A stretch of 64,000 nucleotides of DNA from the human T2T-CHM13v2.0 reference genome, Homo sapiens (GCF_009914755.1 NC_060926.1), one strand, 5' to 3'. Counted from the first letter of the stretch, positions 1 to 15,118 are shown. The notes: generated by a model not told the origin, from the sequence alone. Numbers and translations: made by a program.

Positions 1-573
1 AAGACAGTGTGGTGATTACTCAAGGACCTAGAACCAGAAATACCATTTGACTCAGGAATCTCATTACTGGGTATATACTCAAAGGACTATAAATCATTCT
101 ACTATGAAGACACATGCACATATATGTTTGTTGAAGCACTTTTCACAATAGCAAAGACTTGGAACCAACCCAAATCCCTATCAATGATAGACTGGATAAA
201 GAAAATGTGGCATATATACATCATGGAATACTATGCAGCCATAAAAAAGGATGAGTTCATGTTCTTTGCAGGGACATGGATGAAGCTGGAAACCATCAGC
301 AGACTAACACAGGAACAGAAACCCAAACACCGCATGTTCTCACTAATAATTGGGACTTGAACAAATAGAACACATGGACACAGGGAGGGTAACATCACAC
401 ATGGGGGCCTGTGGGGGGGTTGGAGGCTAGGGAAGGGATAGCATTAGGAGAAATACCTAACGTAGGTGGCAGGTTGATGGGTGCAGCAAATCACCGTGGC
501 ATGTGTATACCTATGTAACAAACCTGCACATTCCAAATATGTATCCCAGAACTTAAAGTATAATAATAAAAAA
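1..573 (+). mobile_element. L1PA 3' end (ORF2 C-terminus, 3'UTR, A-tail), runs off window start
   Basis: ORF 124..360 (TIAKTWNQPK...WIKKMWHIY) is the L1 ORF2 C-terminus; G-rich 3'UTR; ends acttaaagtataataataaaaaa. Confidence 0.95.
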
Positions 574-639
574 TTATTACATTCTTTTGGTATGCTTAAT
601 TTTTTTCACAAACTAATCAATTATTTATTTGTTTGTTTT

Positions 640-1003
640 TTCTTAATTTACTTTTAGTGATAAATAATATATATTCATTGTTACAATATGTGTTGATTTA
701 TGTATACATTGTGGAATGGCTAAATTAAGCTAATTAACATTCTGTTATCTCACATACTTGTCATTTTGTGGTGCTGAGAACACTTAAAATCTACTCTCTA
801 AGCAATTTTCAAGTATACAATGTATCGTTATGATAATTATTATCACTATGTACACCATGCTAGTTGTACAATAGATCTCCTGAACTTTTTTCTATCTATG
901 TGAAACTTTTTAGCCTTTGACCAACATCTCCCCAGTCTCTCCTCACCATCAACTCCCAGCCAAGGCCCTGGTAACCACCATTCTACTTGGCTTCTATGAG
1001 TTT
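640..1003 (-). mobile_element. L1MA-type 3' end fragment
   Basis: tatacattgtggaatggctaaattaagctaattaacat...ggtaaccaccattctact matches antisense L1MA 3'UTR. Confidence 0.8.
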
Positions 1004-2360
1004 AAATCTACTTTCAAATGCAATAGTCCATGATAGACAGCTTCCCTTTCCTTTAAAGCATTAAGAGATCGAGTAAGGGCAAGTAAATATTTTCAGGTTA
1101 AATACAATCACTTCAAAACTAAAAGGAATCACAACAAAACTTTTATTTTACAAAATTCTGACTCGAAGTTAAATATTCCTATATTTGATTCCTAGAGTTG
1201 GAAGGGGTCTTGCATTCACTATGTTCAATATGTGTTTTCTATAAAAGCAAAGATCAAGATCTAAAAATGTTACATGGCATTGCTGTGGTAATACAGATTA
1301 TTAGTGATGAAAACTGGATTAGAACTAGGGTTGTTTAACTGAGTTCAAAACACTGAAAATGTCTATCCTAAAATAATTACCACCGTCTTTCAAACCTAAG
1401 GCAGAGAATATATAAGTGATGTGAGCAAGGTTATACCGAGTTATCAAGAGACATTTGAAACAAGATATAGATTATAAATATGTTTGATGTTCTCTCTAAA
1501 CTGCTGTTATTTGTAGATATTTTAAACCTAAGGAGGTCATTAAATAAAACATTTAGAAAGCAAATGACATTATGATATACAGTACTAGTCTTTCTTCCAA
1601 TTGTGGAAGAAGCAGAGATAAAAAATTACCTTACAGAAGACATTATTCCAATAATAAGAAATGTAACAGAAGTTATCTTCTAATGATATGAGATGAATAT
1701 ATTTCCAAAATCAGAAGGGCAAATAACTCCATTTGTGGAGTTTGATGAGCCCTAAAATGTGGGTAATTTCCCTTTATCTATGAAGACTACTGTAAAAGTT
1801 CCAACATTAGTTTCCATTTGGTCCTCTTTTCAATATGATTAACTGAAGTATTTAGGTGGTTATTATGAGGTCTAATAAGGAGTTTGTGGGTGAAATTTAT
1901 AGTCTTTTAGAGGAACGCTTATGCTTGCTGAGCTGCGAAGCTAACGTTGCAAGGCAGTAGACACAAATGACTCGTGACAGGCAGTACAGTTTTCTAAGAG
2001 ATTACAATCCACTTCTGGGACCTGGAGGGTGTTACTGAGAAGGCAATGCCATTTATAGGCAAGAGTTTTATACCAGATCAAGAGATATGCATGGGCAGTT
2101 GAAATCTCAAGATCTCATCTGTCAACTTGGACTGTTATGATTCTTCAAGTCCCACATGATGCTTCCAGGAATTAATTTCCAAGGCCTGTATTGTATCTTG
2201 CTGGGTTTGCACCCACCATAATTGCAGACTCAGGAAAATGCAATGCAGGCTTTGGGAATCCATTTATGGAGTTATAGAAAATAACTGAAAAGTAACAAGC
2301 AACTAATGAAAAATCCAAACTCCAGTTTGGCCAGCTATGGAAGTCATCTGTGTATCTCAC

Positions 2361-2667
2361 TTTTATTGTTTTTCCTTTTTTTTTTTTAGACAGGATCTCA
2401 TACTGTCACACAGGTTGAAGTGCACAATCATAGCTCACTGATGCAGCCTAGAACTCCTGGGCTCACGTGATCCTCCTACCTCAACCTCCCAAGTAGCTGG
2501 GACCACAGGTGTGCACCAACTTGCCCAGTTAATTAAAAAAAATTTTTTGTAGATACAGGGTCTCCCTATGTTGCCCAGGCTGGTCTCAAACTCCTGTGCT
2601 CATGTGATCCTCCTGCTGTGGCCTCCTAAACTGCTTGAACTGTAGGTGTGAACCACTGATCCTGGCC
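2361..2667 (-). mobile_element. AluJ
   Basis: Poly-T, dimeric Alu ending cctggcc, AluJ-like ctcctgggctca; TSD tgtgtatctcac at 2349-2360 and 2668-2679. Confidence 0.93.
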
Positions 2668-2774
2668 TGTGTATCTCACCTTCTGAATCTAAATTTCTTA
2701 TTTTTAAATAATTAATATTAATTTACCATTTTTAACTTTTCATCTCAACTACTTTACCTAACTGGATGATTCTG

Positions 2775-3735
2775 TATCTCTTGAATATACTGACTTCATT
2801 TCCTTTGGATATATATATCCAAAGAATACTGAGTATACCCATTTGTAGGACTGCTGGATAATACGGTAGTTCTATTTTAATTTTTTGTGGAACCTCCATA
2901 CTGTTTTCCACAGTAGCTGTACCAGTCTACATTTCCACCAACACTGTTGAAGGGTTTCCTTTTCTCCACACTCTCACCAATATTTGTTATATTTTGTCTT
3001 TTTCATAACAGCTCTTGTAACTGGAGTGAGGTGATATTTTATTGTGTTTTGATTTGTATTTCACTAATGATGAGTGATTTTGAACATTTTGTCATATACC
3101 TGTTGGTCATTTCTGTGTCTTCGTTGCCACATTTATTCAAAGCACTTATTCACAATAGCCAAGATGTGGAATCAACTGAAGTGTTCATTAATGGATAAAT
3201 AGATAAAGAAAATATATATGCACATAATGAAATATTGCACACAAGGAAACACTATTAATCTATAAAAAAGAAAATCTTGTCATTTTCAACAAGGATGAAC
3301 CTGGAGGATATTATAAATGAAAAAATACAGACATAGAAAGACATACAGCATACGATCTCACTCTAAAAAAGCTGATATCGTAGAATCACAGATTAAACTA
3401 GTGGTTACCAAAGGCTAGGAAGATTAGGGTGGAGGAGAGAATGGGGAAAGGTTGGTCAATGGGTACAAAGTTACAGTTCCATAGGAAAAATAAGTTCTGG
3501 TGTTCTATTGAACAATAAGGTGATTACAGCTAACAATAATGTGTTGTATATTTCAAAATACCCAGAAGAAAGGCTTTTAAATGTTTTCACCACAAAGAAA
3601 TGATAAATGTTTGAGGTGATAGATTTGCTAATCATCATGATTTGATCATTACAGTTTGTACAAATGTATCAAAATATCACGTTGTACCCCAGAAATATTT
3701 ACAATTATTATATATCAATTAAAAATAAAATAAAG
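2775..3735 (+). mobile_element. L1MA 3' fragment with inverted 5' part (2775-3122 antisense, 3127-3735 sense)
   Basis: Antisense ORF2-end sequence switches to sense cacaatagccaagat...; ends tatatcaattaaaaataaaataaa. Confidence 0.85.
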
Positions 3736-3984
3736 CTGCAAAATCAATGGTTTTGTTTGTTTGCTTCAAATATAGTTATGAATATGCATATCCTTACAAG
3801 TTATCAAAATCCATTTCTATCTTATTTTCTTTTATTCATCTTTCTTCGCCAAATGAATACAGTTCAAACGGTAAAATATCACTATTAAAAATATTATACA
3901 TGGATGCACACCACACACACATACACATGCACATGCTATTACAAATTAATCAACAACATTAAAAACATATATTTTAGATAAGTC

Positions 3985-4155
3985 AATGTAAGTCCATTGA
4001 TTGTAACAAATGTACCACTGTGGTATAGGATGTTGATAGTGGAGAAAGCTGGTGGTGGGGGGAGCTTATATGGAAACTCCTTGTACTTTCCATTTTACTT
4101 CGCTGTTAACCTAAAACTGCTTGAAAAGAGTAAAAATAATAAAAATAATAATATA
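3985..4155 (+). mobile_element. Old L1M (L1MC-like) 3' end
   Basis: tgtaacaaatgtaccact...ctccttgtactttcc...aacctaaaactgct plus A-rich tail. Confidence 0.7.
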
Positions 4156-5739
4156 TAAAAGTATATCCATACAAAATTTAGATTTTTAGAATGTCTAACA
4201 CTTAGTTTCACCTAATATTTTAAATATCCTTTTTAATATTTTTTAATCCTCAGGTTCTGCTATCATTGTTATCCTACCTCTGCCAAGCAAAATATTTGTT
4301 GAAGAAACTACATAATTTATACTGTAGTTTCCTACAATTTGCACGTTTGTTTCTACTAAGAAGTCAACTAAAATCCTATTGATATAATGCTATACATTTT
4401 GCATGTGTTTTTCACTTAATATTTTTCTGATTTGATCTGCTTGTTCCTTGCATTACAATTAAAATCCTAGATGGGAATGATGTCTCTAATGGACCACATA
4501 CTGAGATACAGGGTTAAGAAAGCCATGTCAGACTAGTCATATGTGTACCCGGAATTTCTTGAGGTCAAAATCTGAAGGAAATAGCTGAGTTGCCTTAGGT
4601 GACAGCCAGCAATCTTTATGAAACTTCAGTGCCAATAAGCAAGGCAAAGAATCTTAAAGGGAAACTAATACTGAATTTAAAGCTATGGACAATTCAGAGA
4701 CTACAGTATGCAGATGAAGGAAGTATTTGAACAAGCAATTTAGGAGATTCATAGCCAGTACCAAACAGATTACATTACAAAGCATCTGAAAACTCTGAAG
4801 ATTCTAAAATTTGCTGGTATAAACATGAAGGTATACATATAATAAAAGTGGCCTGTTGTTTAAAAAAATTGTAAATGCTCTCTGTTGTAAGAGAGCCATG
4901 AAAAGCATGTTTAATGTACAATAAATAAGAAAAGAATCTTCGAAGCCTTTTTTGTTGATAATTTTTTCTACCCTAGTCTTAACTAGTGCATTAATAACCC
5001 AGACAATACGACACACGCTGAACAGCTGGCCTGAATAACCTGTGAAGTCCCGGAATTCTCTTAAGTGGTGCTGACTTGCAGCACTAGCCCAGTGAAATCT
5101 AGGCTGTCTACAGCGAATGTGAGGTGCAAAAGATATTCCCATTTGTCTGACCCTCTGGGGAATAATTTTGTTGGAACCTACAACAAACTGAGCTTCTCTG
5201 TTACAGAAATGGTATTTCAGTCATCACACTACGCTCAGTTAGCATGCGGTTTGCTTGCCAAGAAAAACCTCCTTGTCTCAAATTCTAGGATTCTCCTTAT
5301 ACTTAAATTTTACATCTGGTAGCAGATTGGAAGCTTTTCCACTCCTCCATCATTTTCGCTTTTTCTGGAAAAGGGGACTATTAACCACCTAATTCAAACT
5401 AATATTATCACTTTTTACAGAATTAATGAGATGCTATAATTGCCGACACTGTTTACCTGCTACTCTGGGAGTATATTTCAAAGGCACATGAATTAGCCAA
5501 CACCAGCTTTATAATTAGCGTGTGACAACTTTAATTTCAACGGCATGTTTAATCAACAGCAACAGATGGAAGTGCGCCTGGTGGTAAGTCACCCCCTTCA
5601 CAGCTCTTGATAGCGGGTGTGTCCCGCTAGCTCTGAGTTATAAGCTATTTAGCATAGCAAGTGCTAAACTACTGGGAATATTCTCAGTCCTTTTTGGAGT
5701 ATCAGAGTTGCACTACCCCAAAATAATTAAAATCACTGA

Positions 5740-5955
5740 CATATATTGACTACTTACCACATACTAAACACTATTCCCATTTTAATTTAATGAAAACTCC
5801 AAACAACTCAAATTAGCTAATTTTAATATTCCCATTTTACAGGTGAGGAAATTGAGCCTAGAAAGCCAAAACAACTTGACTGGGGTTCCACAGCTCACAA
5901 GCAGTAGGGCCACGATTTAGCTTCAGGCTCTTACGCTCTTAGTCTCCATGCTATT
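5740..5955 (-). mobile_element. MIR
   Basis: Core cccattttacaggtgaggaaattgagcc. Confidence 0.8.
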
Positions 5956-6584
5956 CACCACTATGACCATGGTATCATAAAAGCCATTTGGTGGTCTTCA
6001 GTTGCGTGTGCTGTTTACTGTAGTGATTTGGATCTGCTAACTAAACTATTATTTTGTGGATTTCATGATTATAGGACCCATGATTATGGAAAGTTTTCTA
6101 ACTTTCCTCCTCACTAGGGCCAGTCATATGCACAGGAGACAGAAGTTTGCTGCTTGGCAAGCATAACTCATGCTTGAGTTATTCAGCTACTTCAGATTCA
6201 GTCACTGTGTAAAGTTTTGACTCCTCATTATCTGTCACAAATAGTGGCTCCTGGCCATTTTCAGGAACCCCCTCAGTGATGCCATTTCTACTTCCCACCA
6301 GACAAATGAGCATATGTTCACTAAGGCTCCATAAGTGCAGAACCTTGCGGCTTTACCCTCAGCCCTTAAAAGACATCACATCATGGGTTTTGCCACAGAA
6401 GGATAAGCGTGATCCATCTTGTTCAGATCCTCATCTTCAAAATTATCAGACCTAAGATACGAAACTACACAAAGGAAAGGGATCCCAAGGTTTAGGGATT
6501 TGGAGTACTTTGATCTGTCATTATCAAAGCAACAAATATCCTTCTATCTTTAGACAATATAAATTATACACATCTTGATTCAGA

Positions 6585-6745
6585 ACCAGAGGTTTTCAAA
6601 ATTTTTCTAGACATTGAGATTACTTGGGGAATGTAAACAATACAAAACTACAGAAACTATGCCACGTCCTTATTCAACATCTCTGGGAGTGGGGTTGTTA
6701 AAACCTCTCCATGTAATTCTTACGGATAGCCAGGGTTGAAATGTA
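6585..6745. mobile_element. MER5-like hAT-Charlie element
   Basis: cagaggttttcaaa...tctctgggagtgggg...agccagggttgaaa resembles degraded MER5. Confidence 0.5.
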
Positions 6746-7268
6746 GCTTTAGCCATTCAAATACAGAAGCTTTTAAAATGTTTTTAGGAAGAAAAAATGT
6801 GTATTTGTATTAAAGCCCAAAACATAAGGGTAAATTGCTTATAACAGTCATTTCTCAGGCATAGAAAGTCTATCCTGAAAAGGCTCTGGCCCCTGCAACG
6901 ATTCGGAAGCAAGTTGTCCCCTCTAATAAGTAATGTGAGTTGTTAGAGAAATGACAACTGTGATGTGATCAGAATAGATACCACCTTCATTTCTTTCTAA
7001 TTAACTCCATGAAAGACCTTTTATTAGTTTTAGAAATACATAAATATCTAGCTGCTAGAAATGGTTTAACGTCCCTAGAATTAGATTATTTTTTATTATT
7101 GTTCCTCAAAGATCATTGGCTTTTTCTCCTTCACATAGAACACATTGCAATTCTAGGTGGCTCAGGTTCATTGCTTGCTTTTGCCACCCTTGGTGAAATG
7201 TTTGAAAACATGAAGATAAGACAACACATATGCACACAAACACACACACACAACTATATCAGTGTTAG

Positions 7269-7647
7269 TGTATTAGTCCGTTTTCACATTCCTGATAAAG
7301 ATATACCCAAGACTGGGCAATTTAAAAAATAAAGAGGTTTAATTGGTCTTACAGTTCCACGTGGCTGGGGAAGCCTCACAATCATGGCAGAAGGCAAGGA
7401 GGAGCAAGTCCTGTCTTACATGATGGCAGCAGGCAAAGAGAGAATGAGGAAGACGCAAAAGCGGAAACTCCTGATAAAAACCATCAGATCTCGTGAGACT
7501 TATTCACTACCACAAGAACAACATGGGGGACATTGACCCCATGATTCAAATTATCTCCCACTGGCTCCCTTCCACAACACGTAGTAATTACGGGAGTACA
7601 ATTCAAGATGAGATCCTGGGTGGGCACACATGAGCCAAAACATATAA
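7269..7647 (-). mobile_element. THE1 (THE1C-like) solo LTR, ERVL-MaLR
   Basis: tgtattagtccgttttcac...gccaaaacatataa; 5-bp TSD gttag at 7264-7268 and 7648-7652. Confidence 0.95.
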
Positions 7648-8204
7648 GTTAGTATCAAATAAACTTTAGATAAACTCTTGATTTACGAATAGGAAAACAT
7701 TCATTATCTTTCAAGTAGCTTGATACATTCATAATATAAAATTTACATTAATTCAATTTAATTGATTCACTGACAGTCTTGAATATTACATTAATGAAAC
7801 AACCCAAATGTAATTTTTAAAGTATCATGCAATGTCCTTGAATTTGAATAATAAAAAATCCTTTCATTCCTAGTTGGTCTGTGGATGAAAACAGTCTACA
7901 AGCTAAAATTATAAAATAATTTTTCTTAAACAAAGTTAAATGAATCACAAAAATCACTATTTTGCACCATGTACTCAATAATTAACATTAAAAACATTCT
8001 ACTTGGTCATGTAAAATATTGTTGCCTGTGCATTGCCTTGCCACAGAAAACAAACTTTTATAAAGCTTAAGGGGGAGAAAATCACTTAAATGTAACAATA
8101 TGAATATGATTCCCAGCATTTATTGTCTTTTTTTTCACATTGTTTAAAAGATGAAATGATGCCTTGATGTGAATCTTTCTGCTTTGCTTCATTCTCCCTG
8201 AGCC

Positions 8205-8352
8205 ACATTTATGTGTTCAACCGCACAGGGTTCAGCACTTGGAAGGGTCCATACTTGATTTACCATTTTTCCCGATCTTGAATTTCTTAATAATTATGAA
8301 TAAAGGGCTGCACACCCTCATTTTGTACTAGGCCCTGTAAGTTATGTAGCCA
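8205..8352. mobile_element. MER91-like hAT element
   Basis: End cattttgtactaggccctgtaagttatgtagcc resembles MER91 terminus. Confidence 0.5.
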
Positions 8353-10096
8353 TCCTCCTTCACTCTTGCTGATCTACCACTCTTACAACTACCAGGTTTA
8401 TGGCTCTGATATCTCTGTCTTATATTTTCTGGCTCAAAAAATGTTGAAGCAGAATTTGACCCTCAGCTCTCCTAGAACAAGCCTAACATTTGTTTTCTCT
8501 TGCCCTGTGCTTCAAACAACTTCCGGTGGTCTGTGTGCCTCAACAACCTTGGGAAACCTGAGGACACATTCTGTATTCAGAATCATGGCTCTAACCTGTG
8601 ATACCCTGTGGGGTTTTCTTGCACTTCCCCTCATCATCTGCCCTAGCAATTGATAAGAGTAAGACCTTTATTTAAAAAATGGAAATGATTTTACTTACCG
8701 AAAGCATCCTATTTATTAAAAAATGTAGAAAGCAAAGTGGCATATGCTTTTTTCTGGTATCTCCACCTTCCTTTTGTATGCTTTTTTTGTTATAACATTA
8801 TACACATGGTTTAATATTTACTTCATAGTTAGTATTCTTTTTTCATTGAAACTAAGAAGTTCGTGCCTAAGACTGGCTATTTCGATTCCTCTTATACTGG
8901 TTCTATTAGCTTCAGTCCCAGAAGATGATATGTTCTTGTTATTTCCTCAAATTCTAGTCAGATCCTCAATTTCCAATCGTACTATATTCTTGTGGGATAC
9001 ATGTACAAAATCATTATAATGGTTAAAGCAATTTTTTCTATGAAAAAAGGCATACATTCGGTATTGTTAAAAGGTAATTTCTTAAAGCTAACCACCTCAT
9101 TGGATCTTAGGGGACTGAAGTATCTTCACCTAAACAAAATAGTCAGCACACACACACACACCCACCCCACAAAATCCCCAACTGGAACATTAATGGTGAA
9201 CACATTCAATATGTTTAGTATTTTTAGCCATGCTAGCAAATCGAGCTTTCAGAAAAAAGTGTGAAAACAAGAAAATCAAACCACAGCCATTTTATTAATA
9301 TAAACAAACTTTAGTATGTGAATTGTCCCAATTCAAAAGCAGTTTGTAAATGTTTTATTGAGGAAATCATTTAAATCTCATGGAAATATGTTTAAGAAAT
9401 AAGAGCAAATATGTGTGAGAACAAATGTAGGTGATACAGGGGATATATGAATAACACACAGGTTGCAAACATGTTTCTCTATTATTGAGGTTATATTCAA
9501 AATAAAACTCACTATCCCCAAAATAATTGGCATTCATTTTCTCTTGGACTATAAATGTTCTCATTTTGTTTACTCATCAAACTACATCCGTCATAATTAT
9601 TCATAATAACCTCCCTGGTGTTATTAAATGGAAAAGATCTTTATGCAAATAATTGTTATATGTATCTGAAATTATATGATCTGCAGAGTGGTTTTATATG
9701 ATGACAAACTCTGAAATTACACATTTTCTGAAACTTCTACCTACACTTGTGTCTGTGCATGTGTTTGTGTGTTTTTTTGGAGTGCTCATCTACTCAAACA
9801 CCCTAACACATTATGAAATACTTTAATTACTGAAATGGTCTGATTCCATCATTTAAACAAGTCAAAGTTAATTTCAACATAGCCCTTGACCACATGACAT
9901 TGATGTGATCAGAATAGATTGGACAATTCTCTGAGAAAAGACACTTACTTATCCCTATGTTATTATCATCATGTATTTCTCTCAAGTTCACGGTTATTGA
10001 CCAGACTGATTATAGGAGCAGCAAAGAACATCACTCCAAAAACCATTTTATTGGCTAACTTTGGTTAATTTCTCAGCTCTTTTCTTTTGCTTTCAT

Positions 10097-10320
10097 CATT
10101 TTTAATTGACACATAATAATCCCACATATTTATGGGGTAGAATGTGACATTTTGATATGTGTGTACAATGCGTAATGGTCAAATCTGGGTAATTAGCTTA
10201 TCCATCACCTCAAACACTTGACATTTCTTTGTGTTGAGAACACTCAAAATCTGCTTTTCTAGTGATTTAAACATATACAATAAATTGTTGTTAATTACAG
10301 TCACCCTATAATGCTACATT
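10097..10320 (-). mobile_element. L1MA 3' end fragment
   Basis: tttttaattgacacataat...ccatcacctcaaacac...gtcaccctata. Confidence 0.85.
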
Positions 10321-11672
10321 TATGAATACATGAAAAGTATAAAAGGACTGGTAGAACAGACACATGAAGGAGAAAGAGAAAATATTCAAAACCCTATAAC
10401 AGCAGAACACCACTAAACCACAATGATAAACAATAAGAGAGGAAGAAAGGAACAAAGCATATATTAATACAAAACAACCAGAACACTATTAACAAAATTT
10501 CAGGAGTAAGTCTTCAACTACCAGTAATAACCTTGAATGTAAATAGATTAAATGCCCCCACTTAAAAGATTGACTGGCTCAAGTAATTTTTTAAGGATCC
10601 AATTATATGCTGCCTACAAGAAAATTACTTCCTCTAAAGAGACACAAATAAATGGAAAAATAAGAAATAGAAAAATACAGCCCACGCAAACAGAAGTCAA
10701 AATGGAGCAGCAGTAGCTATACTTAGATAAGCAGACTATAAATAAAATAACTGTAATTATACAATGACAAAGAAATAAATCAGCAAGAAGATATAACAAT
10801 TATAAATATGTATTCACTGAACACCAGAGCACACTGATATATAAAGCAAATATTGTTAGATCTGAAGGAATATATAGACTCCAATACTACAATAGTTGGG
10901 AATTTCAATGTCCCACTCTCAGCATTAGGTCATCTGGACAGAAAATCAACAAAGAAACATTAAAGTATGATTTAGATGAAATGGATCAAACAGACATTTA
11001 AGGAACATTTTATGCAACAACTACAGAATACACATTCTTTTCCTTAGCACGTGGAACATTATCTAGGACTGGCCACGTGTTAGGCAACGAAACAAGTCTC
11101 AACAAATTTAAAAGATTTAGAATTATATTATGTATCTTTTCTGACCACAATGGAATAAAACTAGAAATCAATAAACAGAAAATTTTAAATTGTACAAACA
11201 GACAATACAATCTTGAACGACCAATATGTCAATGAAGAAATTAAGAAGGAACAAATAAAAATGTAAATATAACTTATAGAATACAGCAAATATGCTATTA
11301 AGACGGAAATGCATAGGAATAAATGCCTACACCAGAAAAGTAGAAAGATTTCAAATAAACAATATAATGATGCATCTCAAGGAACTAGAAAAGCAAGAAC
11401 AAAGCAAATTCAAAGTTAGTAGAAGAAAAGAATAATAAAGATCAGAACAGAAATAAACAAAATTGAGACTAACAAACCAATAAACATTTCAATAAGAAAA
11501 GTTGTTCTTTTGAAAATATTAAAAAAGTGAGAAACCACTGGCTAGATTAACCAAGAAAAAAGAAAACAAGACCCCCCAGAATGAAAGTAGAATCCAAAAA
11601 AAAAAAAAAAAAGACATTACAACCAACACCACAGAAATACAAAGGATCATTAGAGACTATTACAAACAACTA

Positions 11673-11990
<318 letters not shown>

Positions 11991-12621
11991 AAATACTAGT
12001 AAACCAAATCCAGCAACACATTAAAAAGATCATTCATCATAATCAAGGAACATTTATCAGAAAGACACAAGGATGGTTTTACATAGACAAATTAATGAAC
12101 ATGATATATCAAATCGACAGAATAAAGGACGAAAACCATATCATCTTGCTAAATGCTGAAAAAGCATCTGAAAAAAATACAACATTCCTTCATGATAAAT
12201 ACACTCAACAAGTTAGGCAAAGAAAAAAACACCTCAACACAATAAAGGCCATAAATGATAAACCCATAGCCAACATCATATTTAATGAGGAAAAGTTAAA
12301 AGCTTTTTCTCTAAGATCTGGAATAAGACATAAATGCCTACTTTTACCACTTTTATTCAACATAGTGCTAGAAGTCCTAGCCAGAACAGTTAGGCAAGAG
12401 AAAAAAATAAAGAGCATCCAAATTGAAAAAGGATGAAGTTAATTTGTCTCTGTTTGCATATGGCATAATCTTATACATACAAGACCCTAAAATCTCTTCA
12501 AAAATTTCTTAGAAATGATAAGCAAATTCAGTAAAGTTGCAGGATACAAAATCAACATAGGAAAAAAAAGCAGTGTTTCTATATACCAAGAATAAACTAC
12601 TTTTTAAAAATCAAGAAAGTA

Positions 12622-12906
12622 GGCCGAGCACGGTGGCTCACACCTGTAATCCCAGCACTTTGGGAGGCTGAGGCGGGCAGATCACCTGAGGTCAGGAGTT
12701 CGAGACCAGCTTTGCCAACATGGTGAAACCCCGACTCTACTAAATATATAAAAATTAGCCAGGCATGATGGTGGGTGCCTATAATCCCAGCTATACGCTG
12801 GGGTAGGAGAATCGCTTGAACTCAGGAGGCAGAGGTTGCAGCGAGCCAAGATAGCACCACTGCACTCCAGCCTGGGCAGCAGAGTGAGACTTCATCTCAA
12901 AAAAAT
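12622..12906 (+). mobile_element. AluSx-like
   Basis: Full dimer; 15-bp TSD aaaatcaagaaagta at 12607-12621 and 12907-12921. Confidence 0.95.
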
Positions 12907-13029
12907 AAAATCAAGAAAGTAATCTCAGTAGCTATAAATAAATAAAATACCTAGAAATAAACTATCACAAGAAGCAAATGCTCTCTGCAAGAACAACTAC
13001 AAAACCCTAATTAAAGACCTTAAAGAGAA

Positions 13030-13030
13030 T

Positions 13031-13057
<27 letters not shown>
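13030..13057. repeat. (CA)n microsatellite
   Basis: Direct reading. Confidence 0.95.
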
Positions 13058-13061
<4 letters not shown>

Positions 13062-14214
13062 CATGTTCATAAATAGGAAGAATATTTTGAAAATGAGCCT
13101 ACTACCAAAAGCAATCTAAAAGTTTAATACAATTCTTAACAAAATACCAATTATATTCTCTACAGAACTAGAAAAAGCAATCCTAAAATTTGTATGGAAC
13201 CAGGAGAGATCCTGAATAGCCAAAGCAAACCTAAGTAAAAAGAACCAAGCTGGAAGCATCACATTTCAAGAGTTCAAAATATACTCAAAGCTGTAGTAAC
13301 TAAAAGAGCATGGCACTGCATAAAAACAGACCCATAAGCCAATGTAACAGAATAGAGTATCCAGAAACAAATCCACAAGTTTAAAGCCAACTGCTTTTCA
13401 ACAAAGGTGCCAAGAACATTTACTGGGGTAGGGACAATCTCTTTAATAAATGATACTGGAAAACCAGATATTTATATGCAGAAAAATAAAATTAGACCCC
13501 TATATCTTACCATATACAAAAATCAACTCAAAATCTATTAAAGATTTAACTGTAAGACCTAATACTATTTAACTACTAGAATAAAACTCAGGGAAATGCT
13601 TGAAGACATTGGTCTAGGCAAAGATTTTATGGAAAAGACCTCAAAAGCATAGAAAACAAAAGCAAACTAGATTAATGTAATTTCATAAAACTAAACAGCT
13701 TCTGCACAGCAAAATAAATACCTAGAATATACAATAAACTAAAACAATTCAATAAAAAAACCAGAAATTAGTTTTTTAAAGGACACATGGGCTGAATAGA
13801 TATGTCTCAAAAGAAATACAAGTAGTTAACAGGTGTATTTTTAAAATGCTCAACATCACTAATCATCAGGGAAATTAAAATCAAAACCATAATGAGATAT
13901 TCCGTTACTACTGTTATAATGGCTACTATCAAATAAAAAATAAATGCTTGTGAGAATGTGGAGAAAGAGAGACTCTTATACACTATTAGTGGGAATGTAA
14001 GTTGGTACAGCCATTATGGAAAATAGGATAGAAGTTTCTCAAAAAACTAAAAATAGAACTACTGTACAATCTCAATAGTGAGTAAATAGAATGAAAGGAA
14101 ATCAACATAATAAAAAGATATCCGCATTCCCATGTTTAGTGCAGGCTATTTACAATAGTCAAGATACAGACTTAATTGTTTATTGACAAAACAATAGATT
14201 TTTTTAAAAATTGT

Positions 14215-14570
<356 letters not shown>

Positions 14571-14839
14571 TTATTAGTAGCAACATGGATGAATTTGGAG
14601 CACATTATGTTAAGTGAAATAAGCCAGGCACAGAAATATAAATATTGCATGTTATCATTCATAAGTGGAAGCTAAAAAAAGTTGATCTCATAGAAGTAGA
14701 GAGTAGAATGGTGATTACTAGAGCTAGAGAAGTATAAAAGGAAAGAGGATATCCAAATGTTGTTCAATGGGTAGAAAAGTACACCTAAATAGGAGGAATG
14801 AGCTCTATTGTTTAAAAGCACTAAAGAGTGACTATACTT

Positions 14840-15118
14840 TACAATATAGTTTATTATATATTTTCAGTTTATTACATAATAAAATATATAGCATTATATA
14901 TTATATAATAAAATATATATTATATAGTATATTATTTATTATAGTATATTTTATTATATATTATATTGTTTATTATATTATTTATTCTATATATTATACA
15001 TAATATATTTATATTGATATAAATATGTATCATATCATATATTACTAATAATTATAATATTATATATGTATTATATTATTTATATATCAAATTATATTAT
15101 TTATTATATGTTATATAG
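14840..15118. repeat. AT-rich low-complexity (TATAT-type) expansion within the L1 3'UTR
   Basis: Almost pure A/T degenerate repeat. Confidence 0.9.
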
